Part shown: positions 8,370-18,854 of the stretch, one piece after another | Position numbering within the stretch: position 1 is the first letter of the stretch | Layout of the letters: every line of letters begins with the position of its first letter | Source: Candidatus Hydrogenedentota bacterium | Lineage (GTDB): Bacteria; Hydrogenedentota; Hydrogenedentia; Hydrogenedentales; JAEUWI01 | Reading direction: 5' to 3' | Assembly (NCBI GenBank): GCA_034669905.1 | Contig: JAXMOL010000017.1 | Coordinates: 72,766 to 136,765 of the forward strand | DNA length: 64,000 nucleotides | The notes under the pieces: model-generated | What the model was told of the DNA's origin: nothing | The model's input: the letters and a program-made list of their open reading frames with translations, nothing else | The model's database searches: none | Program-made: the position numbers and the translations under genes

Positions 8370-10316
8370 CTATCGCAACGACTTACCTTCGAAATCGTCG
8401 GGCACAGTGAGCTTCAGCGTATCCAGTGCGGTCACCCCCAGGTCGAGGAGCGTCGCGTCGGCTTTCAAGGGCACGTTGGAGAAGAGAATTCCAGACGTAA
8501 ACTCATGATCGGAACTGGCATGTTCCCCACTCCACTTGTTGTCGTTGACGGAGTAGATCTCTTTCGGGGCCGCACCGGCCGCCGAGGCCTTGTCGGTCTG
8601 GTAGCCTTCGGCATAGCCCAGTTGGAGGTCGGGGGCGTCTTCGGTGGCCACCCCCTGGGGATCCACGTTGGTATAAATGGCGCGAAACACCTTCTCGCCT
8701 GTCTCCGGATCCGTTTCCGCCAGGAGTTTGGTACGAATCTCTTCGATAAGTTCCGGCACTTCGTCAGCCGTGACGATCCCTTCTTTTTCCCGACCGGCGC
8801 GATTGAGGAAAATCATCCCCAGCCCCAGGCCATAGGCCTTTGATTTGGACCAATCGTAGGTATAGCCCCGGGTCTGCCGGTCATACATGAATTTCACATC
8901 GGTGTGGGCCGTGGCGGCATCGTCCTGACCACGCACGGTGAGATAGCCATTCCGCACCAGCCAGGTATTGACACTGAAGCCTTTGCGGAAGCTGTGGAAG
9001 CCATGGTCCGACATGACGATCAGCAGATCATCTTCCTCCAGGCGCTTCATCACGTTTCCCACGATGCTGTCCATCTTGAGATAGGTGTCTTCAATTACGC
9101 GGCCGTATTTTTTGAACATGGCCTCGGAATAGAGGGGATGCTTGGGATCGCGGTACCCCCAGAACATGTGGGCCACCCGGTCGGTGCCCGTCCAGGCCCC
9201 CACGAGGAGATCAAAGTTACCGGCGTCGATTTCATCGAGCACCAGTTGTTCCCGCCAGGCCATGGTCCGTTGAACGTCTTCCAGAAACATGGCTTCCGTC
9301 ATGTCGTCCCGCTCCAGGGCCTTGGTGTCATAGGCCCAGCCGATGGTCTTGTAGAGGCCGCCGCGATCGGCGATTTCACCTGCGTAGTCGGGCGGAGAAC
9401 TGATGGGGGCGTAGGGCGCTTTCGGATGAAACTGGAGGCAGGTCATATAGATGCGCACCGTCTCCCCCACTTCCATGGCGAAATAGCGACTCACCGCACG
9501 GACGGAAACGGCGTCCGACAGGGCAAAGTCCCAGGAAACCCAGTCGCTCCACGCGCCTTCTTTCAGGGTAACCGTTTCGCCCTGCGTCGAAAGGGTGACG
9601 CTACCGGCCTCCACACGAATCTCCAGGGGCACTTCCACAAAATCGCGGGTTCCCGGCTTCCGGATTCCCGGGATATTTACCGTACCCGCCCCTTCGCGGA
9701 GCTGCAGGGGCAGGCGTTGCCCACCAGGTACCGATTCGGGCGCGGTGAATTCGGTGGAGAGCGCGAAGTAGGTACTTTGGGTCCCTCGAATATCGGGCAC
9801 ATCCAGGCCACTGAGCATACGACACTCATCCGAGAGGTCATCTGCCGGGTAGGCGAAGGGCACCAGCAGGGCCTTGACTTTTTTTCCCTGATCGCTGGCC
9901 ACTTTCCAGAATGAGTCCCCCTTCCGGTTGGACTCATAGCGGGCCGGCGACTTGAGGTGGCCACTGTCGTCCAGGGTCGCGTGACTGAGATGCCCAAAGC
10001 CCGGCGCCGGGAAATAGGTCTTGGGGTTCCGTTTGAGGAAGTCATAGATGCCGTGGTTCAACGGCGACTTGCAGGTGGAAAAGGAAGACCAGGCGGTGGG
10101 AGATTGGGGCGGGCTGCTGGAACCCAGAGGCTGATAACTGCCCCCCGCTTTCAGCTGGGCCAGGTTGGGCAGTTCGCCCGCGGCGAGCATCCCGTCGACG
10201 ATGTGGGGATCGGCTCCGTCAAAGCCAAGAATGACCACCCGCTCTGCGTCGGCGTTCCCGACGAACAACACGAGCAGGCCCAAGGCCATCACGCTACGAT
10301 TCGCACGTGTAAACAT
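8370..10316 (-). CDS. Exported alkaline-phosphatase superfamily (type I phosphodiesterase/nucleotide pyrophosphatase) protein
   Basis: Signal-like N-terminus, VILGFDGAD, PPQSPTAWSSF, TDRVAHMFW, MSDHGF, WSGEH. Start uncertain. Confidence 0.88.
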   Translation of the reverse strand: MFTRANRSVMALGLLVLFVGNADAERVVILGFDGADPHIVDGMLAAGELPNLAQLKAGGSYQPLGSSSPPQSPTAWSSFSTCKSPLNHGIYDFLKRNPKTYFPAPGFGHLSHATLDDSGHLKSPARYESNRKGDSFWKVASDQGKKVKALLVPFAYPADDLSDECRMLSGLDVPDIRGTQSTYFALSTEFTAPESVPGGQRLPLQLREGAGTVNIPGIRKPGTRDFVEVPLEIRVEAGSVTLSTQGETVTLKEGAWSDWVSWDFALSDAVSVRAVSRYFAMEVGETVRIYMTCLQFHPKAPYAPISSPPDYAGEIADRGGLYKTIGWAYDTKALERDDMTEAMFLEDVQRTMAWREQLVLDEIDAGNFDLLVGAWTGTDRVAHMFWGYRDPKHPLYSEAMFKKYGRVIEDTYLKMDSIVGNVMKRLEEDDLLIVMSDHGFHSFRKGFSVNTWLVRNGYLTVRGQDDAATAHTDVKFMYDRQTRGYTYDWSKSKAYGLGLGMIFLNRAGREKEGIVTADEVPELIEEIRTKLLAETDPETGEKVFRAIYTNVDPQGVATEDAPDLQLGYAEGYQTDKASAAGAAPKEIYSVNDNKWSGEHASSDHEFTSGILFSNVPLKADATLLDLGVTALDTLKLTVPDDFEGKSLR

Positions 10317-10439
10317 GGGTCTAAGGAGCGATTCCAGGTAGGTAGTACGCACGATTTTCTGATTTCCTTTATTCATCCATTTGCGGTTTAAACGGTCCGC
10401 TTCATGGTACCTGAGCTGCGGGCCTGCCCTCAACGCACC

Positions 10440-13058
10440 TCAACCGGCCGGGACGGGCGCGGCGGGTCGCACAATGACCGATTCGGGTGCCAGGGTCAAG
10501 GCATAGCCATAGCGGCTTCGGGTCTTGATGAGTCCCACCTCCCGGCCCGGACAGGCCTCACGGATTCGCTGGAGCAGGGTGCGTTTCTGGTAGTGCATCT
10601 GGCTTTGCTCGACGCACACGCCCTTCCAGAGGGCATCGTAGATGGTTTCATAGCGCACACACTCCCCGGGCGCCCTGGCCAGCAGGCGAATCAACTCATA
10701 CTGCTTACGTTGGAGGGGCACCACGGTCTCGTCCAGGGCGATTTCATTGGGACGCGCTTCGTCGATGATCAGCTGGCCGAGCGTCGGGGCGGATCGATGG
10801 ACGCTGTCGTCCTGTGCCGGTGCCTCCGGACACTGTGACTGGGCCCATTGGTGGAGCCGCTGGGCCTGCTCCTCTGACAGGATCTGGGCGAGGTCAGCCC
10901 GGGAAAGCTGACTGAGGGTCTCGGCGGCGCACCATTCCCGCGCGGCCAACTCCCGGACATCCCGGCGGCTCAGGGACAACGCCGGGTTTTCCATCAGGGG
11001 CACGCACTCCTCCGACACCCCCAGGGGCATACGGGTTGCCAGCCGGGCGAGGCGGTCGGTGAAGGCCCCTTCATAGCCTTCCGCAACCGCAATGGCCTCT
11101 ATCGCGTCAATAAGCCAGGCAACTTGCGTTGCAGCCGCAATTATTTGTCCTTGCATTGTGTTATAGCGATTTTCGATGTTGTTTATGGGCACATTTTCCA
11201 ACCAATCCAACAAAAAGAGAGTCACTTTTGTGGCCCGCACTGTTTCGAAGAAGGGTTGGAGCCGGGCGGCACACAAACGGGCCAGCGGCACCTCAGCATC
11301 CAGACGGGCGTGACGGGTCCGGTCTTGCAACTCAGCGACGTATCCAGACTCGTCGTACTCCCGGGTGGTCAGGAGCACCTGGGGCGCACGGCCTGCCGGG
11401 GTTGAGATAACCGCATAGAGAAGGTCTGCCAGGCACCAGTCCCGATCCCGTGATGCCTGAACCCAGTCACGCAACAGGCCAGCCGTTTCCATATCAATCC
11501 CCTTACTGGCCACGGCGCGCCCCAGGGCGGTTGCCCGAACAGGGCGATCAGCGGCCCCGGGCATGGCCTCCAGAAAGCCTCCCGCTACTCCCCGGTGAAG
11601 GGCCGCACGGACGCGGGACACCAATTCTTCTACGGGGCATCGAGCAGACCACACCCAGCGCCCGGTCAGGGTACGCCCGAGGAAGTTGAGGATATCGTCC
11701 TGGCTGCGACAGTGACCCGACGCAATCAGGCGCAACACCGGGTCTTCCAGGGCGCTTCGGTCCAACTGGGGGACAATGGCTTCACGGTTGCCCTCGACGT
11801 AGCGTCGCCAACACAGTTCCATTTCGAAGGGCGAGGACGCCACGAGGAGCGCACGCCCATAGGCCGCTCCCAGTCCCAGCCTTCCGGCCCGCCCCCCCAT
11901 GTTCTCGTACTCCATATGGGATACGGGCGTTTTCCAGGGCATCCCCAACTGGGCATCATAGCGCCATTTTTCGGTGGTCAGAAATACGTTGCGGGCAGGC
12001 AGATTGAGCCCCACGGCCAGGGTACTGGTGGAGACCAGGACCAGGACCTCGCCCTGGCGAAAGGCCTCCTCGACGATGAGACGCTCCTCCGCCGACAGAT
12101 CGGCATTGTGAAAGGCGACACCATGGGCGAGCACTTCCCGCAACCCATCGCGCGAGCGGCTTGGCTCCAGGGCCATGAGGGCGTCCAGGGCCATGGTGGC
12201 CGGGGGCAGGTCCATGCGCGCGGCGATGCGATCGGCACCGCGCCGGGTATCGTGCTTGGCCCGCACGAAGACCAGACTGCGCTCGCCTTGCTCTGCAAAG
12301 GCCGCGAGATTGGTGAGTGCCGCCTCCTCCGCCGACTCACTCCCGCTATCATAGAGGGTCTCCGTGGCGCGCCCTGGTCCCTGGGTGCTCCGGTAGGTAA
12401 ATGTGCCTTCGTAGAGGACCCCAAAACGAAGCTCTACCGGCCGATGCTCCGATTGGACCAGATCGGCGTCCAGCCATTGGGCCAGGCGATCCGCCTCACC
12501 GAGCACGGCCGAAAGCCCAATCACGCGGGTATGGGCACGGAGCAACTGGGTCAGCAAGAGCTCCACGCCGGCACCGCGCTCGGAATCGCCCAGAATCTCC
12601 AGCTCATCGGCCACCACCAGGTCTATCTCGGCCACCCGTTCGGGGCGGCGCACCAGTAACTGGGCGAGTTTTTCGTAGACCACGACCGCAAGGGAGAAGT
12701 TGCCCTGCTCCAGGTCACGATCATGGGCGCGGTGGTCGCGGGTAGACAAGATGACCTTGAGGCCATAGGCCGCATAGCATTCTTGAAAGGCCCGGTACTT
12801 TTCCTCCGCAAGGGCCTTGAGGGGCACCAGGTAGACGACCTGTTTTTGTCGGAGGGCGGTGTGGACGGCCGCCATCTCCCCCACAAAGGTTTTGCCCGAG
12901 CTGGTGGGCGCCTGAACAAGTAGATTGGTTGGGCCAAACACATCGTGCCGCCGCACGACCTCCTCCTGGAGGGGCAGGAGATCAGGGCCCATACTGGATT
13001 GCCATTGCTCAATCAGCGCGGGGGGAATGTCGTAGTGTATTAATTGCTCGATTCGCAT
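10440..13058 (-). CDS. Ski2/Hel308-like SF2 helicase with a C-terminal OmpR/PhoB-type winged-helix domain
   Basis: Q-motif PLQ, APTSSGKT, VPLKALAEEK, ADELE, LSA, RPVEL, FHNADL, STSTLAVGLNLPA, MGGRAGR. C-terminal LQRKQYELIRLLA...LW...IKTRSRYGYAL. Confidence 0.9.
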   Translation of the reverse strand: MRIEQLIHYDIPPALIEQWQSSMGPDLLPLQEEVVRRHDVFGPTNLLVQAPTSSGKTFVGEMAAVHTALRQKQVVYLVPLKALAEEKYRAFQECYAAYGLKVILSTRDHRAHDRDLEQGNFSLAVVVYEKLAQLLVRRPERVAEIDLVVADELEILGDSERGAGVELLLTQLLRAHTRVIGLSAVLGEADRLAQWLDADLVQSEHRPVELRFGVLYEGTFTYRSTQGPGRATETLYDSGSESAEEAALTNLAAFAEQGERSLVFVRAKHDTRRGADRIAARMDLPPATMALDALMALEPSRSRDGLREVLAHGVAFHNADLSAEERLIVEEAFRQGEVLVLVSTSTLAVGLNLPARNVFLTTEKWRYDAQLGMPWKTPVSHMEYENMGGRAGRLGLGAAYGRALLVASSPFEMELCWRRYVEGNREAIVPQLDRSALEDPVLRLIASGHCRSQDDILNFLGRTLTGRWVWSARCPVEELVSRVRAALHRGVAGGFLEAMPGAADRPVRATALGRAVASKGIDMETAGLLRDWVQASRDRDWCLADLLYAVISTPAGRAPQVLLTTREYDESGYVAELQDRTRHARLDAEVPLARLCAARLQPFFETVRATKVTLFLLDWLENVPINNIENRYNTMQGQIIAAATQVAWLIDAIEAIAVAEGYEGAFTDRLARLATRMPLGVSEECVPLMENPALSLSRRDVRELAAREWCAAETLSQLSRADLAQILSEEQAQRLHQWAQSQCPEAPAQDDSVHRSAPTLGQLIIDEARPNEIALDETVVPLQRKQYELIRLLARAPGECVRYETIYDALWKGVCVEQSQMHYQKRTLLQRIREACPGREVGLIKTRSRYGYALTLAPESVIVRPAAPVPAG

Positions 13059-13087
13059 GATGCCTCCCTTTTTCTGGGTTCGGCATC

Positions 13088-13116
13088 AGAATACTGTAAA
13101 TTTATTCAGTTGTCAA
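13088..13116 (-). promoter_or_regulatory. Sigma70 promoter with an embedded palindromic operator (SOS/LexA-box-like)
   Basis: Minus strand TTGACA-ACTGAATAAATTTACAG-TATTCT (17-nt spacer). CTG-N10-CAG at 13094-13109. Confidence 0.75.
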
Positions 13117-16100
13117 TCCCCGGTCGACGGGGGGAGCCCTCCGCCGCACCGGCACCGGTGGCAAGGTACTTCTCGATTTTTCCCAGCAGATCCTGCTGTC
13201 GGAAAGGTTTGTGCACCACGTCGGACGCACCGGCCGCCATCATCTCCCGCCGATCTTCGTCGAGTGCCGCCCCGGTCACGAAAATAATGGGCGCATCGCT
13301 CCCCCCGGGCAAGGACCGAATCTGCTGCGTGGTCTCGATGCCGTCCATTTCCGGCATCGCCCGATCCATCAAGGTCAGATCGGGATGCCAGTGCTGAAAG
13401 GCCGCGATGGCATCCGCACCGTTGGATACCCCTTTGACCTCGAAGCCGACATGTTTCAGGATTTTTTCCAGGACGTCCCGGTTGGTATCAATATCATCGA
13501 CGACCAGGATCCGACCTTTCGAATCGCGCGGCACCTCCGTTGGCATTGCACCGGGAGACGGTAGCTCCTGCGCCTCCTCCGGCTTCCCGATGCCTACCGG
13601 CAGGGTCACCCGAATAGTCGTTCCCCGCCCCAACTCCGAGTCCACTTCAATCGCCCCCCCCATGGCATCGAGGTGCCGCCGGCTGATGGGCAAGCCCAAC
13701 CCAGCCCCGCCAAAATTCCGTCCCGCGGATGCCAGCTCGAAGGCATCGAAAATGCGCTCCAACTCGTCGGGGGCGATCCCGGGCCCCGAATCTTCCAGCG
13801 TCAGGTGTAGCTCGACCGAATCGGACACGGTAGGGTGTGGCGTTGCCCAGGCATGCAGCGTGATGTGGCCCACCTCGGTGAACTTGATGGCGTTGCCCAT
13901 GAGGTTTATCAGGATTTGCCGCAGTTTACCCTGGTCTGTCACCACGTATTGCGGTACGTCTTCCGCCACGGTGCAGCCCAGGTCGACGCGTTCGGCATTA
14001 CACTGCACACGGAGCATATCGAAGATTTGGTCCAATACCTCGCGGATGGCGAAGGTGCTGGAGGAGAGCATGACGCGGCCCGCTTCAATCTTGGCCATTT
14101 CCAATACGTTATTAATCAGCTCCAGGAGATGGTCGCCACTGCGGGCAATAATATTGAGATTGGCCTCGTCCTCTTCGGAGCGCGGGGCGCTTTGCATGAC
14201 CTGTACGTGTCCGAGAATGGCATTCATGGGGGTGCGAATTTCGTGGGAGATATGGGCCAGAAACTGACTCTTGGCCCGGCTTGCCGCTTCGGCAAGGTTC
14301 TTGGCCTCACGGAGTTCCCGCTCCGATGCACTGAGCGCAGCGTAGTTACGCATGAGGAGCGCCGCAATCACGAGGAGTGCAAGCAGTAGCGTCGTGATCG
14401 GAGCCAGGAATGCCGTTGTGGCCCAGAGGGGTGGAGTAACCACAAAGCTCCCGCGCGCTGGCGTGGGGTCGCTGTTGAAATCACTGTCGGCCGCACGCAC
14501 CTCGAAGATATAGGCTCCCGGCTCAAGCCGGGGTGAGATGACACTTCGTTCCCCGGAGAATGCGGTCCAAGGCACGATAGCGTCGCTACCCTCGGGGCGT
14601 ACGCGCCACGAATAGACGATATCTTCGTCGGCCGTAATGGACCAGGGGTCCACCCCGGAAAATTGAATCACGCTCCGCTCATTGTAGGGGATGGTTTTGG
14701 GGATCTGCCTGATTTCCGTTTCGGGCGGTCGGGGTGAGGAAATATAGCGGACAATTCCGCTTCCCTCCACCGTTGCCCAGATAACCCCCTCCGGGTCCTC
14801 GACGAGGATCCGCACGCCGCCGACAGGCATCCCGGCTTCCACACCGAACCAGGTCCAACGCCCTTCCTGAAAGCTGGCCGCCCCCACATCCAGCGCACCG
14901 GTCCAGATGCGCCCATTGGACGCCCGCATCATACAGCGTACCCGGGCACTGGGGTTTTTCTCGAAGGGTATCTCGTAGTGGAGTTCACCGTCCCGGTATC
15001 GATAAATCCCCTCTTCGTTTGAGCCCACGAGCATACTTCCGTCCGGCTCCTGGATGAATCCCCGAAAGTTTTTCTCCGAGGAGATTCTATGGCGGACCGT
15101 CATCCCGTAATCATCCGTCAGTTCCCATTGGGTGAGTACGGTAAGGGTTGACACCAGGAGATCGCCATTGGCCATTTCTATTACGGTCGCCAGATCTTCT
15201 TCCGTTGTTTGGGGGCCCGCAGGCGTCACGTGCCACTCCGTACCGACGCGCTCCACGATTTGCCCGTAGGTAACACCAAACAGCCGACCGCTTCGGGTTT
15301 CCAACAGATACCGCGTATCGGTGGGCACTTCGAACCGCTGAAGCACCTCGCGACGGGCCAAATCCCACTGCAGCGCCAAACCCTCGCCCACTATCCACAG
15401 GGTACTGGACTGCCCACGCCGGATGCTCCGATAACTCGCCCGAGGCAGCTGCGCAATCACGTGCCATTCATTCTCCATGAACTGAAGTAGGCGTCCCTGG
15501 CCATCGACGGTGGTAGCGGGAACATCCGGTGCAGCGTACAGACAGTTTCCCATCAGCGGGATCCCGTCGGCGGTCTGGGAAAAAGGGGTCCAGCCCTGGC
15601 GTCCGATGCGGTATACCCCCAGCTTACTGCCGACCCAGGTTTCGTCGTGCTCCGAAAAGTGGACAATCGTCTGCAGGGGGATTGGGCTTTCTTCGGGGCT
15701 GAGGGAGATGGGGTAGGGTCCCCCATCGGACCAGTAGGTCACCCGATACTGGTGGGCCACCGCGAGCCTTCCGTCGGGCAGTGGCGCGAGCGAACGAACC
15801 GACTGATCCGAAACCCGGGTCCAGCCGGGAGACGAGGGACCGCTTTTCCACAACCCGCCCCCCCCGCCGGCATAAAGCGCCCCTCCCTTCACGGCTACCA
15901 GGGCATCTGCACCGAGGACGAGCTCGTCGCCCGGTTCCTGGCGCCACGTTCCGTCACGCCACCGGAGGATCCCCCGGCTATCCGTACCGACCATCACGGA
16001 ACCATCGGGGCGCGGCAAGATCGCCTCGACCGCCTCGGTCATGAGACTCTCGTCCTGATCGAGCACGACGGCCCATTCTCCATGCGGCAGGCCGACGCCG

Positions 16101-16588
16101 TTGTCGGAAGGAGCGGGCGTAAACGCAATTACCCGCCCCCCTCCCAGACCAAACCAGATACGGCCATCCGCAAAGGGAGAGATGGTGAATACCTGAAGTG
16201 GAACCGTCGCTGGAAGGCCGGTCTCCACGGGGACGAATCGGTCGCCGACACGGCATGCGAGCCCGCCGGCCATTCCCACCCACAATCGTTCGCGGGCGTC
16301 CAATCGCACCGTCCGCACGTCCAGAGAGGGCAACCCATCGTCGTGGTCATAGGTATTCCAGGTCAGCCCATCGTAGGAGGATATACCCCGCCCCCAACAT
16401 CCGAACCAGATCACGCCGTCGGGCGTACGTTCGACGCTCCGAACGACGGCCCCGGCGAGGCCATGCTCCGGGGTGTAGTGCTGAACCGGGCGCTGCAAGA
16501 CCGCTTCCGCGCCCAATGCGACGCACCCGGTCAGGATGGAGAAGAAAACCAAACGCAGTATTCTCAATGTACCTCTCCAAGGTGCCAA
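13106..16588 (-). CDS. Hybrid sensor histidine kinase/response regulator with periplasmic beta-propeller and Y_Y_Y domains
   Basis: Propeller repeats (DGVIWFG, RLWVG, RIWTG), LEPGAYIFEVRA, TM helix, SHEIRTPMN, NLMGNAIKFT, GAGLGL, receiver VVDD...LMDRAMP. Confidence 0.93.
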   Translation of the reverse strand: MAPWRGTLRILRLVFFSILTGCVALGAEAVLQRPVQHYTPEHGLAGAVVRSVERTPDGVIWFGCWGRGISSYDGLTWNTYDHDDGLPSLDVRTVRLDARERLWVGMAGGLACRVGDRFVPVETGLPATVPLQVFTISPFADGRIWFGLGGGRVIAFTPAPSDNGVGLPHGEWAVVLDQDESLMTEAVEAILPRPDGSVMVGTDSRGILRWRDGTWRQEPGDELVLGADALVAVKGGALYAGGGGGLWKSGPSSPGWTRVSDQSVRSLAPLPDGRLAVAHQYRVTYWSDGGPYPISLSPEESPIPLQTIVHFSEHDETWVGSKLGVYRIGRQGWTPFSQTADGIPLMGNCLYAAPDVPATTVDGQGRLLQFMENEWHVIAQLPRASYRSIRRGQSSTLWIVGEGLALQWDLARREVLQRFEVPTDTRYLLETRSGRLFGVTYGQIVERVGTEWHVTPAGPQTTEEDLATVIEMANGDLLVSTLTVLTQWELTDDYGMTVRHRISSEKNFRGFIQEPDGSMLVGSNEEGIYRYRDGELHYEIPFEKNPSARVRCMMRASNGRIWTGALDVGAASFQEGRWTWFGVEAGMPVGGVRILVEDPEGVIWATVEGSGIVRYISSPRPPETEIRQIPKTIPYNERSVIQFSGVDPWSITADEDIVYSWRVRPEGSDAIVPWTAFSGERSVISPRLEPGAYIFEVRAADSDFNSDPTPARGSFVVTPPLWATTAFLAPITTLLLALLVIAALLMRNYAALSASERELREAKNLAEAASRAKSQFLAHISHEIRTPMNAILGHVQVMQSAPRSEEDEANLNIIARSGDHLLELINNVLEMAKIEAGRVMLSSSTFAIREVLDQIFDMLRVQCNAERVDLGCTVAEDVPQYVVTDQGKLRQILINLMGNAIKFTEVGHITLHAWATPHPTVSDSVELHLTLEDSGPGIAPDELERIFDAFELASAGRNFGGAGLGLPISRRHLDAMGGAIEVDSELGRGTTIRVTLPVGIGKPEEAQELPSPGAMPTEVPRDSKGRILVVDDIDTNRDVLEKILKHVGFEVKGVSNGADAIAAFQHWHPDLTLMDRAMPEMDGIETTQQIRSLPGGSDAPIIFVTGAALDEDRREMMAAGASDVVHKPFRQQDLLGKIEKYLATGAGAAEGSPRRPGIDN

Positions 16589-16731
16589 GCAGAAACTCGA
16601 TACGGCCCGGACGTTTCACATTCGTACATTCTAATCCATGGCGTTCAGGAATCACAGTGAATTCGCATCAACCCGAAAATCGTGTCGGAAGCCACAGCGC
16701 TCGCGCCGAACGGCCAGATGCCCATCGCGTT

Positions 16732-18642
16732 CTACATATCGGAAATCACCCGTGGAGGCCATGCGGCCCGCAGCGCATTGAGGACCGCCAGCACATCGAT
16801 AATCTCCTGACATACCGCCCCTTGCACGGGGCTCAGGTATCCCGCCGCGGCCACTCCCATCCCAAGTATGCTGAGGGTCATACCACCGACCGCGCTCTGT
16901 AGTGCAATGGCCCGCATGCGGCGACCGATGTGAAGGAATTCGTCGACCTTCTGAAGCGAATTGTCCATGACCACCACACTTGCGGCCTCGGCGGTCACGT
17001 CGCTTCCCTGCCCGATCGCCATGCCGACCGTAGCCGCCATCATAGCCGGGGCATCATTGATGCCATCGCCCACATAGAGCGTCTTTGCACGGCTGGTTTC
17101 TGAGCGCACGATAGCCAGTTTTTCTTCGGGGCTTTTCTGGGAATGCACTTCGTTGATGCCCACCTCGTTGGCGAGGTACCGCACTTCCGAATCCCGGTCT
17201 CCCGAGACAATCATCAGCCGGTCAAACTGATGATGTGGCCCCAGATGCTTCATGAAGGAATGACTCTCCGCCCGGGGCGCATCCCGAAAACGGTAGGTTG
17301 CCGCCAGCCGTCCACCTACGAGCACCACGCATTCGAGGCCTTCTTGTGGCGGCGGGAGCTGCTCCCAGGCGGTCACGTCAGTCCCGGCCAGTTTTTTGCG
17401 GCTGGTGATCAAGACAGGCACGCCCCCCACCTCGCCGGAAAGTCCCTGGCCCGGGCGCTCACTTACGGCGCTGACCTCGGGCAAATCGATGGCGGCGTTT
17501 TCTGCTGCGCGGAGGATTGCGGTAGCCAATGGATGCTTGGAATACCGCTCCACCCCGGCGGCCAGCCCCAGGACCTCCTCCGCCGAGAAGGGTTCCACGA
17601 CGACCTGTTCAATGAGTTTCGGGGTGCCATAGGTCAGCGTACCTGTTTTGTCAAAGATGGCGGTCTGGCATCGTGTCACCTGTTCCAAGGCCACCGGATT
17701 CTTCACGATGATTGCCCTACGCGCACACAGGGAGATGGAGCCAATGATGGCCACCGGGATGCCGATGAGCAAGGGGCACGGCGTGGCGATGACGAGTACT
17801 GCGAGAAAGCGGAGGGCTTCACCGCTTATGAGCCAGGCCGACACGCCTATCGCCAGGGCTATGGGGGTATAGATGGCGCCGAGCTGATCCCCCAGGCGAC
17901 GCAGTTGTGGCCGTGTCGCCTCCGACTCCCGCATGATGTTCATGATCCGCGCATAGCGTGAATCTTCGGCCCGCCGGGTCGCGTTGATGGTCAGGGCAGC
18001 ATCGCCATTGATGGCGCCGGAAATTACGGTCGCGCCCTGGGTCTTGGTCATCTGAAAGGGCTCTCCGGTGAGATAGGACTCATCCATCACGCTGTGCCCT
18101 TCAGCGACCTCCCCATCGACCGGGCAGATTTCGTGGGGATAGACGACGATCATATCCCCCGGCACAATCGCCTCAAGGGGAACATCCTCGATACCCCCAT
18201 CCTCCTTGCGGCGGTGGGCCACGGTGGGAATTCGCCGGGCGAGTGCCGACAGTACCGACGAGGCACTTCGAAGCGCATAGGCCTCCAGCGCTTCACCGCC
18301 CGACAGCATGAGCACAATAATCGCCCCGGCAAGGTATTGGCCGAGCAACAATGCGGTAACAATGGCGATGCCGCCCAGAAGATCGGAGCCGAATTCCCGC
18401 TGCAAGGCCTTGCGTCCCAGGTCATAGACCAGGGGCGTTCCGCCCAGGGCCAGGCAGGCCCACAGGGGGAGATTCACCATCGCCCCGCGCAGCCCTCCTG
18501 CGAAATAGAGGCCCAGGTAGGTCCCAATCATCATCAGCGAAAACAGGGCAATGCCTACCGTCTGATAGCGCCGCAGACGGGCCCATCTATCGTTTTCGGC
18601 CCCACAATTCGGTGGCGTGGGTCCCGTCGTATCCTTAACCAT
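16732..18642 (-). CDS. Heavy-metal P1B-type ATPase (P1B-5-like, TPCP motif)
   Basis: [35 protein letters not shown]. Confidence 0.93.
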   Translation of the reverse strand: MVKDTTGPTPPNCGAENDRWARLRRYQTVGIALFSLMMIGTYLGLYFAGGLRGAMVNLPLWACLALGGTPLVYDLGRKALQREFGSDLLGGIAIVTALLLGQYLAGAIIVLMLSGGEALEAYALRSASSVLSALARRIPTVAHRRKEDGGIEDVPLEAIVPGDMIVVYPHEICPVDGEVAEGHSVMDESYLTGEPFQMTKTQGATVISGAINGDAALTINATRRAEDSRYARIMNIMRESEATRPQLRRLGDQLGAIYTPIALAIGVSAWLISGEALRFLAVLVIATPCPLLIGIPVAIIGSISLCARRAIIVKNPVALEQVTRCQTAIFDKTGTLTYGTPKLIEQVVVEPFSAEEVLGLAAGVERYSKHPLATAILRAAENAAIDLPEVSAVSERPGQGLSGEVGGVPVLITSRKKLAGTDVTAWEQLPPPQEGLECVVLVGGRLAATYRFRDAPRAESHSFMKHLGPHHQFDRLMIVSGDRDSEVRYLANEVGINEVHSQKSPEEKLAIVRSETSRAKTLYVGDGINDAPAMMAATVGMAIGQGSDVTAEAASVVVMDNSLQKVDEFLHIGRRMRAIALQSAVGGMTLSILGMGVAAAGYLSPVQGAVCQEIIDVLAVLNALRAAWPPRVISDM

Positions 18643-18854
18643 TCGACGTAACCCTTTCACAGTGAACGTCCGGTTGAATCAGAGGCACCTGTTGCACCAA
18701 ATCCCGCATAACAGGTGTCTGCCTATGATAAGTTATCCGCATACCCGCTGCAATACTGCTTCCGGGCTGGAGCCACAACATACGTCGTGCACCCTTCCAG
18801 CCTGGCCTTTGATGGGATTTCGATACGACGCCGTGGAGACGCTATACTCGTCCC

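Noticed and set aside
8370..13058. Helicase plus phosphodiesterase as a two-gene anti-phage system
   Set aside because: The phosphodiesterase has a signal peptide and belongs to a common exported family. There is no HamA-like nuclease or defence-island context. Adjacency alone is insufficient.
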